The position numbers and the translations under genes were made by a program. The notes under the pieces were generated by a model. That model searched no databases. It was not told the DNA's origin and worked only from the letters and a program-made list of their open reading frames with translations. A stretch of 24,873 nucleotides of DNA, from the NCBI GenBank assembly GCA_937902865.1, contig CALFNJ010000695.1, positions 1 to 24,873 of the forward strand. Reading direction: 5' to 3'. This DNA comes from an uncultured Opitutaceae bacterium. GTDB lineage: Bacteria; Verrucomicrobiota; Verrucomicrobiia; Opitutales; Opitutaceae. Below, piece after piece: positions 9,646 to 20,082 of the stretch (position 1 is its first letter; every line of letters begins with the position of its first letter).

Positions 9646-9676
9646 CTCCGAGCACGCGAGTTCCTGATAACGCCCC

Positions 9677-11176
9677 ATGTCTTCGTTCGACAGCTTCCGC
9701 ACGGTCCGCTGGTTCCGCACGTTTCACCTCGTGCTCCAGGCCGTGCTGTTTCTGACGCTGTTCGGCGGGCTCAACTACATCGCGCTCAATCTGCACGGCG
9801 GCCGCTTCGACCTCACCCGCCGGCACCGCTACTCGCTCTCGCCGGAGACGCTCGCCTACCTCCACAACCTCAACCAGCCGATCCGCGTCGTCGTCACGCT
9901 GACCGACGACTCCGACCATCCCGAGGTCACCGCCGCGCTGCCCGACGTGCGCGGCCTGCTCCGTGAGTACGCCTACGCGACGGAATCCAACCACGAGGCC
10001 AAGTCCGGTCGCGACGGGCGCATCACGATCGACTACCTCGACATCGACCGCCAGCTGCGCGAGGCCAGCCAGCTCGGCATCGACCAGCGCAACACGGTGA
10101 TCTTCCTCTGCGGCGACAAGCGCCGGGTCATCGCCCTCGGCGAACTTTACCGCGTCGAGAACAGCGAGGCGAAGGACTTCATCGGCGAGCAGGCGTTCAC
10201 CTCCGCCATCCTCGACGTCTCCAGCCCCGAGCGGAAAAAAATCTACTTCCTCAGCGGCAACGGCGAGTCGCGGATCGACGATTCCGACCCCGTGCGCGGC
10301 CTGTCCGCCCTCGCCGACGAGCTCCGCCTCCGCAACTTCGCCGTCGAGGCCTTCGCCCTCAACACCGCCAGCAGCAAGGTCCCCGACGATGCCGCGCTCG
10401 TGATCGCCGTGGGTTCGCAAAAGGTTCCGCCCTACGCCCAGGAACAGCTCCGGCAATATCTCGGTCCGCGCGCCGGTCACCTCCTGCTGCTGCTCGCGCC
10501 CGGCACGTCGCGCGGCATTCCCACCGGGCTGACCGATCTCCTGCTCGACTGGGGCATCACCGCCGACGATGACGTCGTCTATGATCCGGCCAGTCACACC
10601 GAGCAGGGCGAACTGCTCATCACCAGCCTCGGCATCCACCCGATCACGCAATCGCTGATCGACATCCGGAACATCTTCCTCGTCGTCGGACGCGCCCGCA
10701 GCCTCCATCCGGTCGGCGGCGGCGGCCTGATCGTGAACACCCTCGCCCGCACCTCGCCCGCGGCCTGGGGCGAGGTGAATTTCCGCGCGGTCCCGCATGC
10801 CGACGCCGACGACATCCGCGGCCTGCCCCAGATCGAGCCCAAGAACGCCCTCGCGCTCATCATCGCCGCCGAGCGCGCGCAGCCGCGCGGCAATCTGCCC
10901 TACTCCGTGCCGAACGGCCGGCTCGTGGTCTTCGGCTCGGCCGATTTCGCGACCAACAACGGCTTCCTCGCCGCCGGCAACCAGAACATCGTCCTCAACG
11001 CCGTCAACTGGGCGATCGGCCGCGAGCAGCTCAACGTGCCGGCCCGGCCGGTCGAGCGCTTCAAGCTCGCGCTGAATGCCGAGGAGCTGGTCCGCCTGCG
11101 CTACAGCCTGCTTTTCCTCGTCCCCGGCGCCGCCGCGCTGCTCGGGCTCATCGTCTACTGGACGCGCCGGGCCTGA
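9677..11176 (+). CDS. GldG-family ABC auxiliary periplasmic protein
   Basis: 499 aa. N-terminal TM followed by RFDLTRRHRYSLSPET; KIYFLSGNGE; GRLVVFGSADF...NQNIVLNAVNW; C-terminal TM ending WTRRA. Confidence 0.9.
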   Translation: MSSFDSFRTVRWFRTFHLVLQAVLFLTLFGGLNYIALNLHGGRFDLTRRHRYSLSPETLAYLHNLNQPIRVVVTLTDDSDHPEVTAALPDVRGLLREYAYATESNHEAKSGRDGRITIDYLDIDRQLREASQLGIDQRNTVIFLCGDKRRVIALGELYRVENSEAKDFIGEQAFTSAILDVSSPERKKIYFLSGNGESRIDDSDPVRGLSALADELRLRNFAVEAFALNTASSKVPDDAALVIAVGSQKVPPYAQEQLRQYLGPRAGHLLLLLAPGTSRGIPTGLTDLLLDWGITADDDVVYDPASHTEQGELLITSLGIHPITQSLIDIRNIFLVVGRARSLHPVGGGGLIVNTLARTSPAAWGEVNFRAVPHADADDIRGLPQIEPKNALALIIAAERAQPRGNLPYSVPNGRLVVFGSADFATNNGFLAAGNQNIVLNAVNWAIGREQLNVPARPVERFKLALNAEELVRLRYSLLFLVPGAAALLGLIVYWTRRA

Positions 11177-11211
11177 GCCGTCCATCATCGCCCGCCCGCC
11201 GCCCTCCCGCC

Positions 11212-13155
11212 ATGCGCTCCAAAGTCACGCTCGCTCTGCTGTTCCTGAACGTGGTGGTGTTCTTTTTCATCTTCAAGTTCGAGCCCGGCTGGCGGACCGA
11301 GCACGCCGCCCAGGAGGCGCGCCGCCGCGTCCTCGGCGCCGAGGCCGCCAGCATCCAGTCGCTCGAGATCGCCGGCAACGGGGCCAACGCCGCCCCGGCG
11401 GTCAGCCTCGTCAAGCGGGGCGAGGACTGGTTCCTGACCAAGCCCTTCGAGTGGCCCGCCAACCCGCTCGCGGTCCAGCGCATCCTCACCGACCTCCAGC
11501 TGCTGGATCACGAAACCAGCTTCACCGTCGCCGACCTCGTGAAGAACGGCCAGAAGCTCTCCGACTACGGACTCGAGCCGCCGGCGCTCACGGTGACGTT
11601 CTCCTCCGCCGATCCCGCCGGCACGCTCAGCGGCACGACGCCCGCCCGCGCCTTCTCGCTCGGGCTCGGCAACAAGACTCCCGACGGCAAGCTGCTCTAT
11701 CTTCTCTCCGCCGACCGTTCCACCGTGCACGTCGTCGGCCGCAGCCTCGCCGAGAGCCTCGCGCAGCCGATCGAGCAGCTCCGCGCGAACACGCTCTTCA
11801 CGATCCGCAATTTCGAGGTGAGCTTCTTCAAGATCATCCCCGCGAACGTGGCGCCGATCCATCTCCGCCGCGACGGGAGCCGCTGGCTCTTCGACGCTCC
11901 GCTGCGGACCCGGGCGAACAAGGTCCAGACCGAGCTCGCGATCAACGAGCTCCGCGACCTGCGCGTGAAGGCGTTCATCACGGCCTTGCCCGCCGACATC
12001 GCGTCCATCAACCCGCTCCGCATTTCCCTCGAAGGCAACAACCGGAGCGAAACCCTCCTGCTCTACGCTCCGGTCGGCCCCACGCCCCCGTCGGCGGAGG
12101 AAGTCGATTACTACGCGCGGATGGACAAGAAAGATGCGCTCTTCACCGTCGCGCTGCCCGCGAGGCTCAAGAGCCGGCTCGACAACGCCCAGGTCGCGCT
12201 CCGGGAGCGCCGGCTGCTTGATTTCGATCCACGCCTCGTCTCGGCCATCAGCATCGTCGACGAATCCGTGCCCGTCCGCGCCGAGCTGCGCCTCCAGCGC
12301 CTCGACGCCCCCAACGCGGCCGCCGCCGAGTCAATCCCCTGGCAGATCGTGCGCAGCGACGCCGGCCAGGCGCCGCAGACCTCGCCGGCGGATCTCAAGG
12401 TGATCCAGCATTTCCTGGAGGACCTCGGCCTGCTTTCCGCCAGGGAGCAGGGCGACCAGAGCGGCTTCATCAGCGACGCGCCCACGGCCGCCGACCTGGA
12501 AAACTGGGGCTTCAATCGTCCCGTCCGCGTCATCACCCTCACGCTCGCCGCCACGCCTCCCGCCGCGCCCGCCACCCTCACCGTCCGCATCGGCCAGAGC
12601 GCCGATCGCCGGCAGGTCTTCGCCCGCGTCGGAGGCTCCGAGTCCGTGTATGAGGTCGATCCCGAGATTCTCCGCCAGACGCCCGTCGATCCTCTCGCCT
12701 ACCGCGATCGCCTGCTCCGCGAGCTCCCGACCGGGGCGCAGATCACCGGCCTGAAGCTGATCGATGCCACCAATCAGGCGGTGCTGCTCGACCGCCAGAT
12801 CTCTACCGCGCTCGCCGCGGACGATCCGCTGCAGGCGCTCGTCGTCCAGCTCCGCACCTTGCGGGCGCGCAGTCTCGTCGCCGATCACTTCCTGCCGGCC
12901 GTGCAGGCGGGAGGCGAGGAGCAGCCGTGGAAATACCAGCTCGACGTGAGCATCGCGCTCGGCGGCGGCTCCGCGACCACGCCGACGAGCACCATGACGC
13001 TTTTCCTGACTGATCGCCTCGGCGGCACCACGCAGTACGCCGGCTCGCGCGAGCAGCCCAACGCCGTCTGGGAATTGGAGCAGCCGTTCATCGACGCGCT
13101 GAAGCCGCTCCTCTACGGGGCGCGCGACCCGGGCCCCGCGCCCGAGCGGCGCTAG
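11212..13155 (+). CDS. Multi-repeat DUF4340 protein with an N-terminal membrane anchor
   Basis: 647 aa. WFLTKPFEWPAN...LSDYGLEPP; later repeats WLFDAPLRTRAN and DLENWGFNRP. Standard position after GldG-like genes. Confidence 0.8.
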   Translation: MRSKVTLALLFLNVVVFFFIFKFEPGWRTEHAAQEARRRVLGAEAASIQSLEIAGNGANAAPAVSLVKRGEDWFLTKPFEWPANPLAVQRILTDLQLLDHETSFTVADLVKNGQKLSDYGLEPPALTVTFSSADPAGTLSGTTPARAFSLGLGNKTPDGKLLYLLSADRSTVHVVGRSLAESLAQPIEQLRANTLFTIRNFEVSFFKIIPANVAPIHLRRDGSRWLFDAPLRTRANKVQTELAINELRDLRVKAFITALPADIASINPLRISLEGNNRSETLLLYAPVGPTPPSAEEVDYYARMDKKDALFTVALPARLKSRLDNAQVALRERRLLDFDPRLVSAISIVDESVPVRAELRLQRLDAPNAAAAESIPWQIVRSDAGQAPQTSPADLKVIQHFLEDLGLLSAREQGDQSGFISDAPTAADLENWGFNRPVRVITLTLAATPPAAPATLTVRIGQSADRRQVFARVGGSESVYEVDPEILRQTPVDPLAYRDRLLRELPTGAQITGLKLIDATNQAVLLDRQISTALAADDPLQALVVQLRTLRARSLVADHFLPAVQAGGEEQPWKYQLDVSIALGGGSATTPTSTMTLFLTDRLGGTTQYAGSREQPNAVWELEQPFIDALKPLLYGARDPGPAPERR

Positions 13156-13222
13156 CTCGCGCCCCCGGCTTCCCCGCCATGATCGCATCGTCCGAGCCGC
13201 GGCCACGGCCGCCCGCCTTGCG

Positions 13223-16069
13223 ATGAAGTCGTTTTTCCGCTTCTGCTGGCTGGGTTTCCGCCGTGCCTGCGCGAGCGTGTTCTCGATCCTGCTCTGGACG
13301 CTGTGGCTTCTGCTCGCCGTCATCCTGGCGGGCCAGCTCTGGTCCCTGACCTCGCATCAGCTCGCGCTGCCGGGATTTGTCCTCAGCGCCCTGGAGGAGC
13401 GGCTCGCCGCGTCAGGACTCAAGGCCACGTTCGGCAAGACGCTGTTCGATCCCTCCGGACGGATTCTCGTCGAGGACGCCCGCCTGCTCGCGCCGTCCTT
13501 CCAGGAGCCGCTCGCGACCGCCCGCGCCGCTTACGTGCGGATCGATCCGTGGGCGCTGCTCGCCGGCCGCTTCGAGCCGCGTGAATTCCAATTCAGCGGC
13601 GTCAGCCTCTTCGTGCCCGCGATGCTCTCCGCCTCCGGCCGGGCGGAGCCGCTGGTCAGCGATCTCGATGTGACGATCTTGCCGGGTGAGCACGAGGTGC
13701 AGGTGCCGCAACTGACCACCCGCCTCGGCCGCCTCGTCGTCACCGCGCACGGTGCCGTGCACACCGCGGTCTGGCAGCACGAGCGAGGCGCGCCGATCCC
13801 GATCGCCGATTTCATCGCGCACGACTATCCCCGGCTCAGCCGGCAGGTGGCCGATTACGCCGCGCGGCTCGCGCTGCTCGACGAACCCCAGCTCGACCTC
13901 GAGCTCTCGCCGTCCGAAACACGCGGCGCCATCGTCACCGCCTCGCTCTTCGCGCGCAGTCTGAAACTCTCCGAGCCGCTGGCGCTCGAAGCGACGAATC
14001 TCACGGCCACCACCCGTTTCCCCGCGGCCGGCGAAACCGTGGTGAAGACCCAGCTCGAACTCTCCGCCGGCGAAGTGCGTCTGCCGCACGCTGCCACCAT
14101 CAGCGACCTGCACGCCCACCTGCGCGGAACCCTGCGTCCGGAACAGCGGGCGTTCGATCCCGAGGAGGCGGATGTTCGCGCCACCCGGGTCGCCGCCGCA
14201 GGGTTGACCGCGGCCCCCTTCACGCTCCAAGCCACGCGGCACGACAGCCCGCTGCGCGTCGCCCTGCTCACCGAGATCGTCGGCACTCCCGCCGCGGTTT
14301 CCGGCGAGACCGATCTCACTCAGAAATCCGCCAGGTTCGATGTCGACGTCCGTCCCACCGCCGCCCTCCTCGCCGCGCTCACGCCCCTGGCGAAACGCGA
14401 TCTCGCGGAACTGATCCAGCTTTCCGCACCGCCCGCAATCACGGCGCACGTGGAGCTCGGAGCCGACTGGAAGCTCGAGCGGGTCGACGCGAATCTGGCC
14501 GCGCACCATCTCGTCGCCCGCGGCGTGCCGCTCGACGCCGTCAGTGGAAGGCTCCGCTTCGCCGGGACGGATTTTCAGGCGAATGACATCCTCCTGCGCG
14601 TGGGGGAAAGCGAGGCGCGCGGCACCTACACCATGGACACCGCGAGCCAGGATTATCGCTTCCTCCTGCAGGGGCGCCTGCGTCCCGCGGCGATCGATCC
14701 CTGGTTTCACGAGTGGTGGCCGCATTTCTTCCGCAACTTCGATTTTTCCGCGGCGCCGCCCGTGGCGGACGTCGACGTGCTCGGCCGCTGGGGCGATCCG
14801 CGGCTCTCGGCGGTGTTCATCCAGGTGGACGCGGTTTCCCCGGTTGTGCGCAGCGTGCCGTTCGACGAGGTGCACACCCGGCTGTTCATCCGGCCGGATT
14901 TCTACGACGCGCTGGATCTCCTCGTTACCCGCGGCAGCGGCTCGGCCCGCGGCACGTTCACCCGTCGCGTTGATCTGGAGAAAGACGCTTTTCGCGACAT
15001 GGACTTCGCCGTCACCTCCACGCTGGAGGTGCAGGAAGGCGCGCGGATTTTCGGCCAGAGCGGGCTCGAGATCGTCGAGCCCTTCCGCTTCGCCACGCCG
15101 CCGCGCCTGCGGATCGAAGGACACATCGACGGCCCGGCCGCGGCCGACGGCGAGCATCAGAAAGTCCATATCGAAGGCCAATCCACCGGAGCGTTCAGCC
15201 TGTTCGATTTTCCGCTGAGCGACCTCTCGTTCACCGCGGACCTGAACGACAACGATCTCCGGCTGCCGCGCGTGGCCGTGACGTTCGCCGGCGGCAGCGG
15301 CTCGGGGGCGGTCCATCTCTCCGGCCACGAACCTGACCGGCGGCTCGATTTCGACTATCAGCTGAAGAACGCCAACCTCGCCCAGTCGGTCATCACGCTG
15401 GAAAATTTCCTCGCCCAGCGCCGCAAGGAACCGCCGCCGCCCAAGAGCGAGTTCCTCGAGAAGGCCGGCGACGTCTCCCTTGATCTCACGCTCGCCGCGA
15501 ACGGCCAGTATCAGGATGCGTACAGCTTCCAGGGCAAAGGCCACGCGGAAATCGCCGGCTCCGAGCTCGGCCAGGTGCGGCTGCTCGGCCTGTTGTCGGA
15601 GTTGCTGAACTTCACCTCGCTGCGCTTCACGAAGGCGCAGGGAGATTTCCAGCTCGACGGCAAGAAACTCATGTTTCCCGACCTCAAGCTCACGGGCGCG
15701 AATTCCCAGATCGACGCCAAGGGCGCCTACGATCTCGATGAGTCGGCGCTCGATTTCAACGCCAAGGTCTACCCGCTCGGCGAAAGCAAATTTCTCGTCC
15801 CGCAAATCTTCAACGCCGTGCTCACGCCGCTCTCCGAAATTCTGGAAGTGAAGCTCACCGGCAGCCTGAAGAAACCGCAGTGGTCTTTTGTCCACAGCCC
15901 CGCGAGTTTCTTCCGCAATCTCAACAACCCGACCGACAAAGGCGGCAACCCCGCCGCCTCCGGTCCCGACAATCCCCCCGCGCCAGGCAAAGGCGCGGAG
16001 GGAACAGACGAAAAAAATCCGCCCCCCGTCATTCCCACCCCGCCTGCTTCCGCGCATCCCGGCTTGTAA
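13223..16069 (+). CDS. AsmA-like (bridge-like lipid transfer family) protein
   Basis: 948 aa. N-terminal TM, long alternating beta-strand pattern, C-terminal AsmA_2-like FTKAQGDFQLDGKKLMFPDLKLTG...VKLTGSLKKPQW, disordered Pro-rich tail. Confidence 0.75.
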   Translation: MKSFFRFCWLGFRRACASVFSILLWTLWLLLAVILAGQLWSLTSHQLALPGFVLSALEERLAASGLKATFGKTLFDPSGRILVEDARLLAPSFQEPLATARAAYVRIDPWALLAGRFEPREFQFSGVSLFVPAMLSASGRAEPLVSDLDVTILPGEHEVQVPQLTTRLGRLVVTAHGAVHTAVWQHERGAPIPIADFIAHDYPRLSRQVADYAARLALLDEPQLDLELSPSETRGAIVTASLFARSLKLSEPLALEATNLTATTRFPAAGETVVKTQLELSAGEVRLPHAATISDLHAHLRGTLRPEQRAFDPEEADVRATRVAAAGLTAAPFTLQATRHDSPLRVALLTEIVGTPAAVSGETDLTQKSARFDVDVRPTAALLAALTPLAKRDLAELIQLSAPPAITAHVELGADWKLERVDANLAAHHLVARGVPLDAVSGRLRFAGTDFQANDILLRVGESEARGTYTMDTASQDYRFLLQGRLRPAAIDPWFHEWWPHFFRNFDFSAAPPVADVDVLGRWGDPRLSAVFIQVDAVSPVVRSVPFDEVHTRLFIRPDFYDALDLLVTRGSGSARGTFTRRVDLEKDAFRDMDFAVTSTLEVQEGARIFGQSGLEIVEPFRFATPPRLRIEGHIDGPAAADGEHQKVHIEGQSTGAFSLFDFPLSDLSFTADLNDNDLRLPRVAVTFAGGSGSGAVHLSGHEPDRRLDFDYQLKNANLAQSVITLENFLAQRRKEPPPPKSEFLEKAGDVSLDLTLAANGQYQDAYSFQGKGHAEIAGSELGQVRLLGLLSELLNFTSLRFTKAQGDFQLDGKKLMFPDLKLTGANSQIDAKGAYDLDESALDFNAKVYPLGESKFLVPQIFNAVLTPLSEILEVKLTGSLKKPQWSFVHSPASFFRNLNNPTDKGGNPAASGPDNPPAPGKGAEGTDEKNPPPVIPTPPASAHPGL

Positions 16070-16134
16070 AAACCCGGCCGGGAAAACGCATTGCCCTCGG
16101 AGTAGGTCACCTTTTACTAGGGTCTATTCCCTAC

Positions 16135-19100
16135 ATGACGTCGCTACCGACGATGCCCAAGTTCTCCTGGGCCGAGCGTATCCTGCTCGGCCTGGCGGGA
16201 GCCTTGGCGATCCTGGGAACGGTGGCGCTGGTGGGCTGGTTTTTGCACCTGAATCCGCTGATGCAGTTCCCGGCGGATTACGCGCCGATCAAGGCGAATG
16301 TCGCCTTCTGCGCGCTGCTGCTCGGCCTCGCCCTGATCGCCTGCGGCATGGGCTGGTCCAACGTCACCTGGGTGGCGCTCGTGCCCGCGCTCATCGGCGG
16401 CGCCACGCTGGCGGAGCAGATCTTCAATCTGGATTTCCACATCGACGAGCTGCTGGCGCCCGATCACCTGATGATCGACACCGCCTCAGCCGGACGCATG
16501 TCGTCCATGGTGGCTGGCTGCATGCTTTTCGCCGGCTTGGTCCTGGCCTGGCGCGTGCCACCGCGGAACCGCTCCGGCCGGCTGCGCCTGCTGAGCGGCG
16601 CCATCGTCGGCTCGCTCGTCGGGTCCATCGGTTTTTCCACCCTGCTCGGCTACACCGCGAGCCTGCCCATCATGTTTCGCTGGGGCACCGCCACGGCAAC
16701 GTCTCCGCTCGACGCCGTCGCACTGCTCCTGCTCGGCCTCGCGGTGCTTTCGCTGACGTGGCAGCAGAGCCAGAAATTTGAAAACGGCCCGCCCAACTGG
16801 GCCGCCCTGCCGGCGGTCATCACCTGCCTCACGCTGACGCTCGTCCTCTGGCTCGGCCTGCGCAACCGCGAGGTCGTTTTCCAGGGCGCCGGCACCCAGA
16901 TCGCGCTCAACGCGCTGGCCACCCGCGTCGATGGCGAACTCAACCGCGAGAAATCCGCGGTCGAGCATCTGGCCCAGAGTTGGACGCAGACCGCCGAGGT
17001 TGCCACTCCGCTGTGGGACATCGACGCCGACATGCACCTCCGGGATTCGCCGGCGTGCGTCTCGGTCGCGTGGGTCGACACCACCCTGCACACGCGCTGG
17101 GTCTATCCCGCCCGCGGCAACGAGAGCTCGCTCAGCTTCGACCACGCCGGCGATCCCGACACCGGTCCCGCGCGCACCGCCGCGCTGGCGGCGGCGCGGA
17201 CCACCGGGGGAGCCGTGATTTCCGCGTCGCTGAACCTGCCGCTCCGCGGCCGCGGTTTTGTGATCTATGCGCCGGTGAAGCGCGGCGGCGTGCTCGCCGG
17301 CTACGTTGCGGCGGCGTATCCCTACCAGACGTTCTTCAGCGAGATCGACCGCGACCTCCGCCTTTCCAGCAGCTACAGCGTCGCCATCGCCGTGTCCGGC
17401 GAGTCGGTTTACAGCTCGATCACCGGCGACTCCCGGCACGAGGACGAGCTGACGCTCGATACCATCGTCATGATCGCGGACCGACGCATGCGCTTCACCC
17501 TCTCGCCGTCCGCCGACTTCCTCGCGCACAACCGCCGCTACCTCCCGGAATTCGCGCTCTTCGCCGGCTTCGGTATCACTGTGCTGCTCGGCCTCAGCGT
17601 GCACTTCGCGCGCACCGCGCAGGCCGGCATGCTCTCCGCCGAGCAGTCGAACCGGCGCCTGGTCGCCGAGAACGATGAGCGGCGGCGGGTCGAGGCCCGG
17701 CTCAAGATCTCCGACGAACGCCTGCGCCTCGCGCTCGATTCCACGCAGATCGGCATCTTCGAGTGGACCGTGCCGACCGCGCACGTCTACTACAGCCCCG
17801 GATTGTGGTCCATGCACGGCTACGATCCGACGCGCATGCCCGCCACTGTCGAGGCCTGGCAGGCGTGCATCCATCCCGAAGACCTGCCCGGCTATCGTCG
17901 CCGCGTCGAAGCGCAGCTGACCGGCGCCGTGCCCTTCATCGATCCGGAGTACCGCGTCCGCGCCCGGAACGGGGAATGGCGCTGGGTTTACACCCGTTCG
18001 AAGACCGTGGCCGCCGCGGCCGGGGGAGTGCCGACGCGCATCATCGGCACGATTCACGACATCAGCGCGCGCCGCGATGCCGAGGAAGCCCTGCGCGAGA
18101 GCCAGTCCGCCACCCGCAAGCTTTCGCTCGTTGCCGCCCGCACGGACAACCTCGTCATGATCACGACCCCCGACGCGCGGATCGAGTGGGTCAACGAGAG
18201 CTTCATCCGCATCATGGAATACCCGCTCAACGAGAGCGTGGGCCGCAGCGCCCTCGATTTCATGATCGGGACGGAGCCGAATCCACGCACCGCCGATTAC
18301 ATCCGCGCGGCGCTGGCGCACGGCCACGGCGCGAGCACCGACACCGTCGGCTATTCCAAGTCCGGTCGGAAATACCATCTCCAGGTCGAGATCCAGCCCG
18401 TGCGTAACAACAACGGGGTGCTGGAGAATTTCATCGTGATGCTCGCGGACGTCACCGCCCGCGTCGAAACCGAGACCGCCCTCCGCCGCGCCAAGGCCGA
18501 GGCCGACGCCGGCTCGCGCGCGAAATCCGAGTTCCTGGCGTCGATGTCGCACGAAATCCGCACGCCGATGAACGGCGTGATCGGCATGACCAGCCTCCTG
18601 CTCGAGACCGGCCTGAACCGCGAGCAGCGCGATTTCGTCAACACCATCCGCACCTCCGGCGAGGCCCTGCTCACGATCATCAACGACATCCTCGACTTCT
18701 CCAAGATCGAGTCGGGCAAGATGGAGCTGGAGAGCCTGCCGTTCGAGATCGGCACCTGCCTCGAGGAGACGCTCGATCTCTTCGCCCTCCAGGCCGCCGC
18801 GAAGAAGCTCGATCTGACGTACGCGATCGGCCCGGAGGTCCCCTCCTGGATCGTCGGCGACATCACCCGTCTCCGCCAGGTCCTCGTCAATCTCGTCAAC
18901 AACGCCGTCAAGTTCACCCCGGGCGGCAGCATTTCCGTCGAGGTGCGCCGCATCCCCGCGCCCGACGGCATGGAGGCCGCGACCTGGCTCGAGTTCACGG
19001 TCCGCGACACCGGCATCGGCATCGCGGCTGACCGCGTCGATCGGCTCTTCAAGGTTTTCTCCCAAGTCGACTCCTCCACCACCCGCAAATACGGCGGCAC

Positions 19101-20055
19101 GGGTCTGGGCCTCGCGATCTCGCAACGGCTCTGCACGCTCATGGGCGGCGACATCCGCGTCGAAAGCACGCTCGGCCAGGGTTCGGTGTTCACGTTCACG
19201 GTGAAGACCGCGGCCGCGATCGTTCCACCCGACACCGGCCTGCCGGAACTGCCCACCGCGCTGCGCCAGGGCTCCGTGCTCGCGATCGAAACCCACGCCG
19301 TCACGCGCCGGCGCCTGCAGAAATTCTTCCAGGACTGGGGCACCACCTGCCATTTCGTGTCGACGCCCGCGGAAGGCGCGGCCGTCGCCGCCACGCTTTC
19401 GCCCGCGCCCGTGCTGCTGCTGGTGAACCACGATCGGACTGACGGCGTCGCGGCCCTGCCACTGCCCCGGCTGATCATGCTGCCGTTCGGGCACACCACG
19501 CCCGACCCGATGCCGGGCGGCCCGCCCTGCGCTTTCATCTCGAAGCCGCTGAAGTCGAGCGTCCTCGCGCAGACCATCGCCGCCCTCTTCACCTCCGCCT
19601 CCCGGGCGCCGCTGGAAATCCGTGCCGCCGCCGGCGCGCGTCTGCTCGCGGACGAGATTCCGCTCGACGTCCTCCTGGCCGAGGACAACGCGGTCAACCA
19701 GAAGGTCGCGCTCCGCTTCCTCGCCCGCCTCGGCTATCGCGCCGACGCCGTCGGCAACGGCCTCGAGGCGCTGACCGCCCTCGAGTCACGCCACTATCAT
19801 CTCGTGCTGATGGATCTCCAGATGCCGGAAATGGACGGCCTTGAAGCCAGCCGCCAGATCCGCCAGCGCCTGCCCGCCAACCGCCAGCCGAAGATCATCG
19901 CGCTCACCGCCAACGCGGTGCAGGGCGACCGGGAGGTCTGCCTCGCCGCGGGCATGGACGACTACGTTTCCAAGCCCGTGAAGCTGCACGAAATCGAGGA
20001 AGCGATCCGCCGGCAATTCACGCCGCAGTCGAACAAGATCGAGTTCATCGGCTGA
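16135..20055 (+). CDS. Hybrid sensor histidine kinase (multi-TM, CHASE, PAS, PAS, HisKA, HATPase, degenerate REC, REC)
   Basis: CHASE-like RWVYPARGNE; PAS IHPED...EYRVRARNGEWRWV; H-box FLASMSHEIRTPMNG; N-box NLVNNAVKFT; G boxes DTGIGI and GGTGLGL; REC LLAEDN...LMDLQMPEMDG...SKP. ATG at 16135 (1306 aa) or 16153. Confidence 0.95.
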   Translation: MTSLPTMPKFSWAERILLGLAGALAILGTVALVGWFLHLNPLMQFPADYAPIKANVAFCALLLGLALIACGMGWSNVTWVALVPALIGGATLAEQIFNLDFHIDELLAPDHLMIDTASAGRMSSMVAGCMLFAGLVLAWRVPPRNRSGRLRLLSGAIVGSLVGSIGFSTLLGYTASLPIMFRWGTATATSPLDAVALLLLGLAVLSLTWQQSQKFENGPPNWAALPAVITCLTLTLVLWLGLRNREVVFQGAGTQIALNALATRVDGELNREKSAVEHLAQSWTQTAEVATPLWDIDADMHLRDSPACVSVAWVDTTLHTRWVYPARGNESSLSFDHAGDPDTGPARTAALAAARTTGGAVISASLNLPLRGRGFVIYAPVKRGGVLAGYVAAAYPYQTFFSEIDRDLRLSSSYSVAIAVSGESVYSSITGDSRHEDELTLDTIVMIADRRMRFTLSPSADFLAHNRRYLPEFALFAGFGITVLLGLSVHFARTAQAGMLSAEQSNRRLVAENDERRRVEARLKISDERLRLALDSTQIGIFEWTVPTAHVYYSPGLWSMHGYDPTRMPATVEAWQACIHPEDLPGYRRRVEAQLTGAVPFIDPEYRVRARNGEWRWVYTRSKTVAAAAGGVPTRIIGTIHDISARRDAEEALRESQSATRKLSLVAARTDNLVMITTPDARIEWVNESFIRIMEYPLNESVGRSALDFMIGTEPNPRTADYIRAALAHGHGASTDTVGYSKSGRKYHLQVEIQPVRNNNGVLENFIVMLADVTARVETETALRRAKAEADAGSRAKSEFLASMSHEIRTPMNGVIGMTSLLLETGLNREQRDFVNTIRTSGEALLTIINDILDFSKIESGKMELESLPFEIGTCLEETLDLFALQAAAKKLDLTYAIGPEVPSWIVGDITRLRQVLVNLVNNAVKFTPGGSISVEVRRIPAPDGMEAATWLEFTVRDTGIGIAADRVDRLFKVFSQVDSSTTRKYGGTGLGLAISQRLCTLMGGDIRVESTLGQGSVFTFTVKTAAAIVPPDTGLPELPTALRQGSVLAIETHAVTRRRLQKFFQDWGTTCHFVSTPAEGAAVAATLSPAPVLLLVNHDRTDGVAALPLPRLIMLPFGHTTPDPMPGGPPCAFISKPLKSSVLAQTIAALFTSASRAPLEIRAAAGARLLADEIPLDVLLAEDNAVNQKVALRFLARLGYRADAVGNGLEALTALESRHYHLVLMDLQMPEMDGLEASRQIRQRLPANRQPKIIALTANAVQGDREVCLAAGMDDYVSKPVKLHEIEEAIRRQFTPQSNKIEFIG

Positions 20056-20082
20056 GGCATCGGTCGGGGCTGGGTTTAAGTT

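Noticed and set aside
7772-11176. Gliding-motility function or gld gene symbols for the ABC genes
   Set aside because: Family resemblance only; no other gliding or T9SS genes are in the window, and such modules occur widely in non-gliding bacteria.
15880-16134. 85-aa N-terminal extension of the histidine kinase given by the ORF track
   Set aside because: It overlaps the 3' end of the AsmA-like gene in another frame and is low-complexity; ATG at 16135 or 16153 directly precedes the first TM helix.
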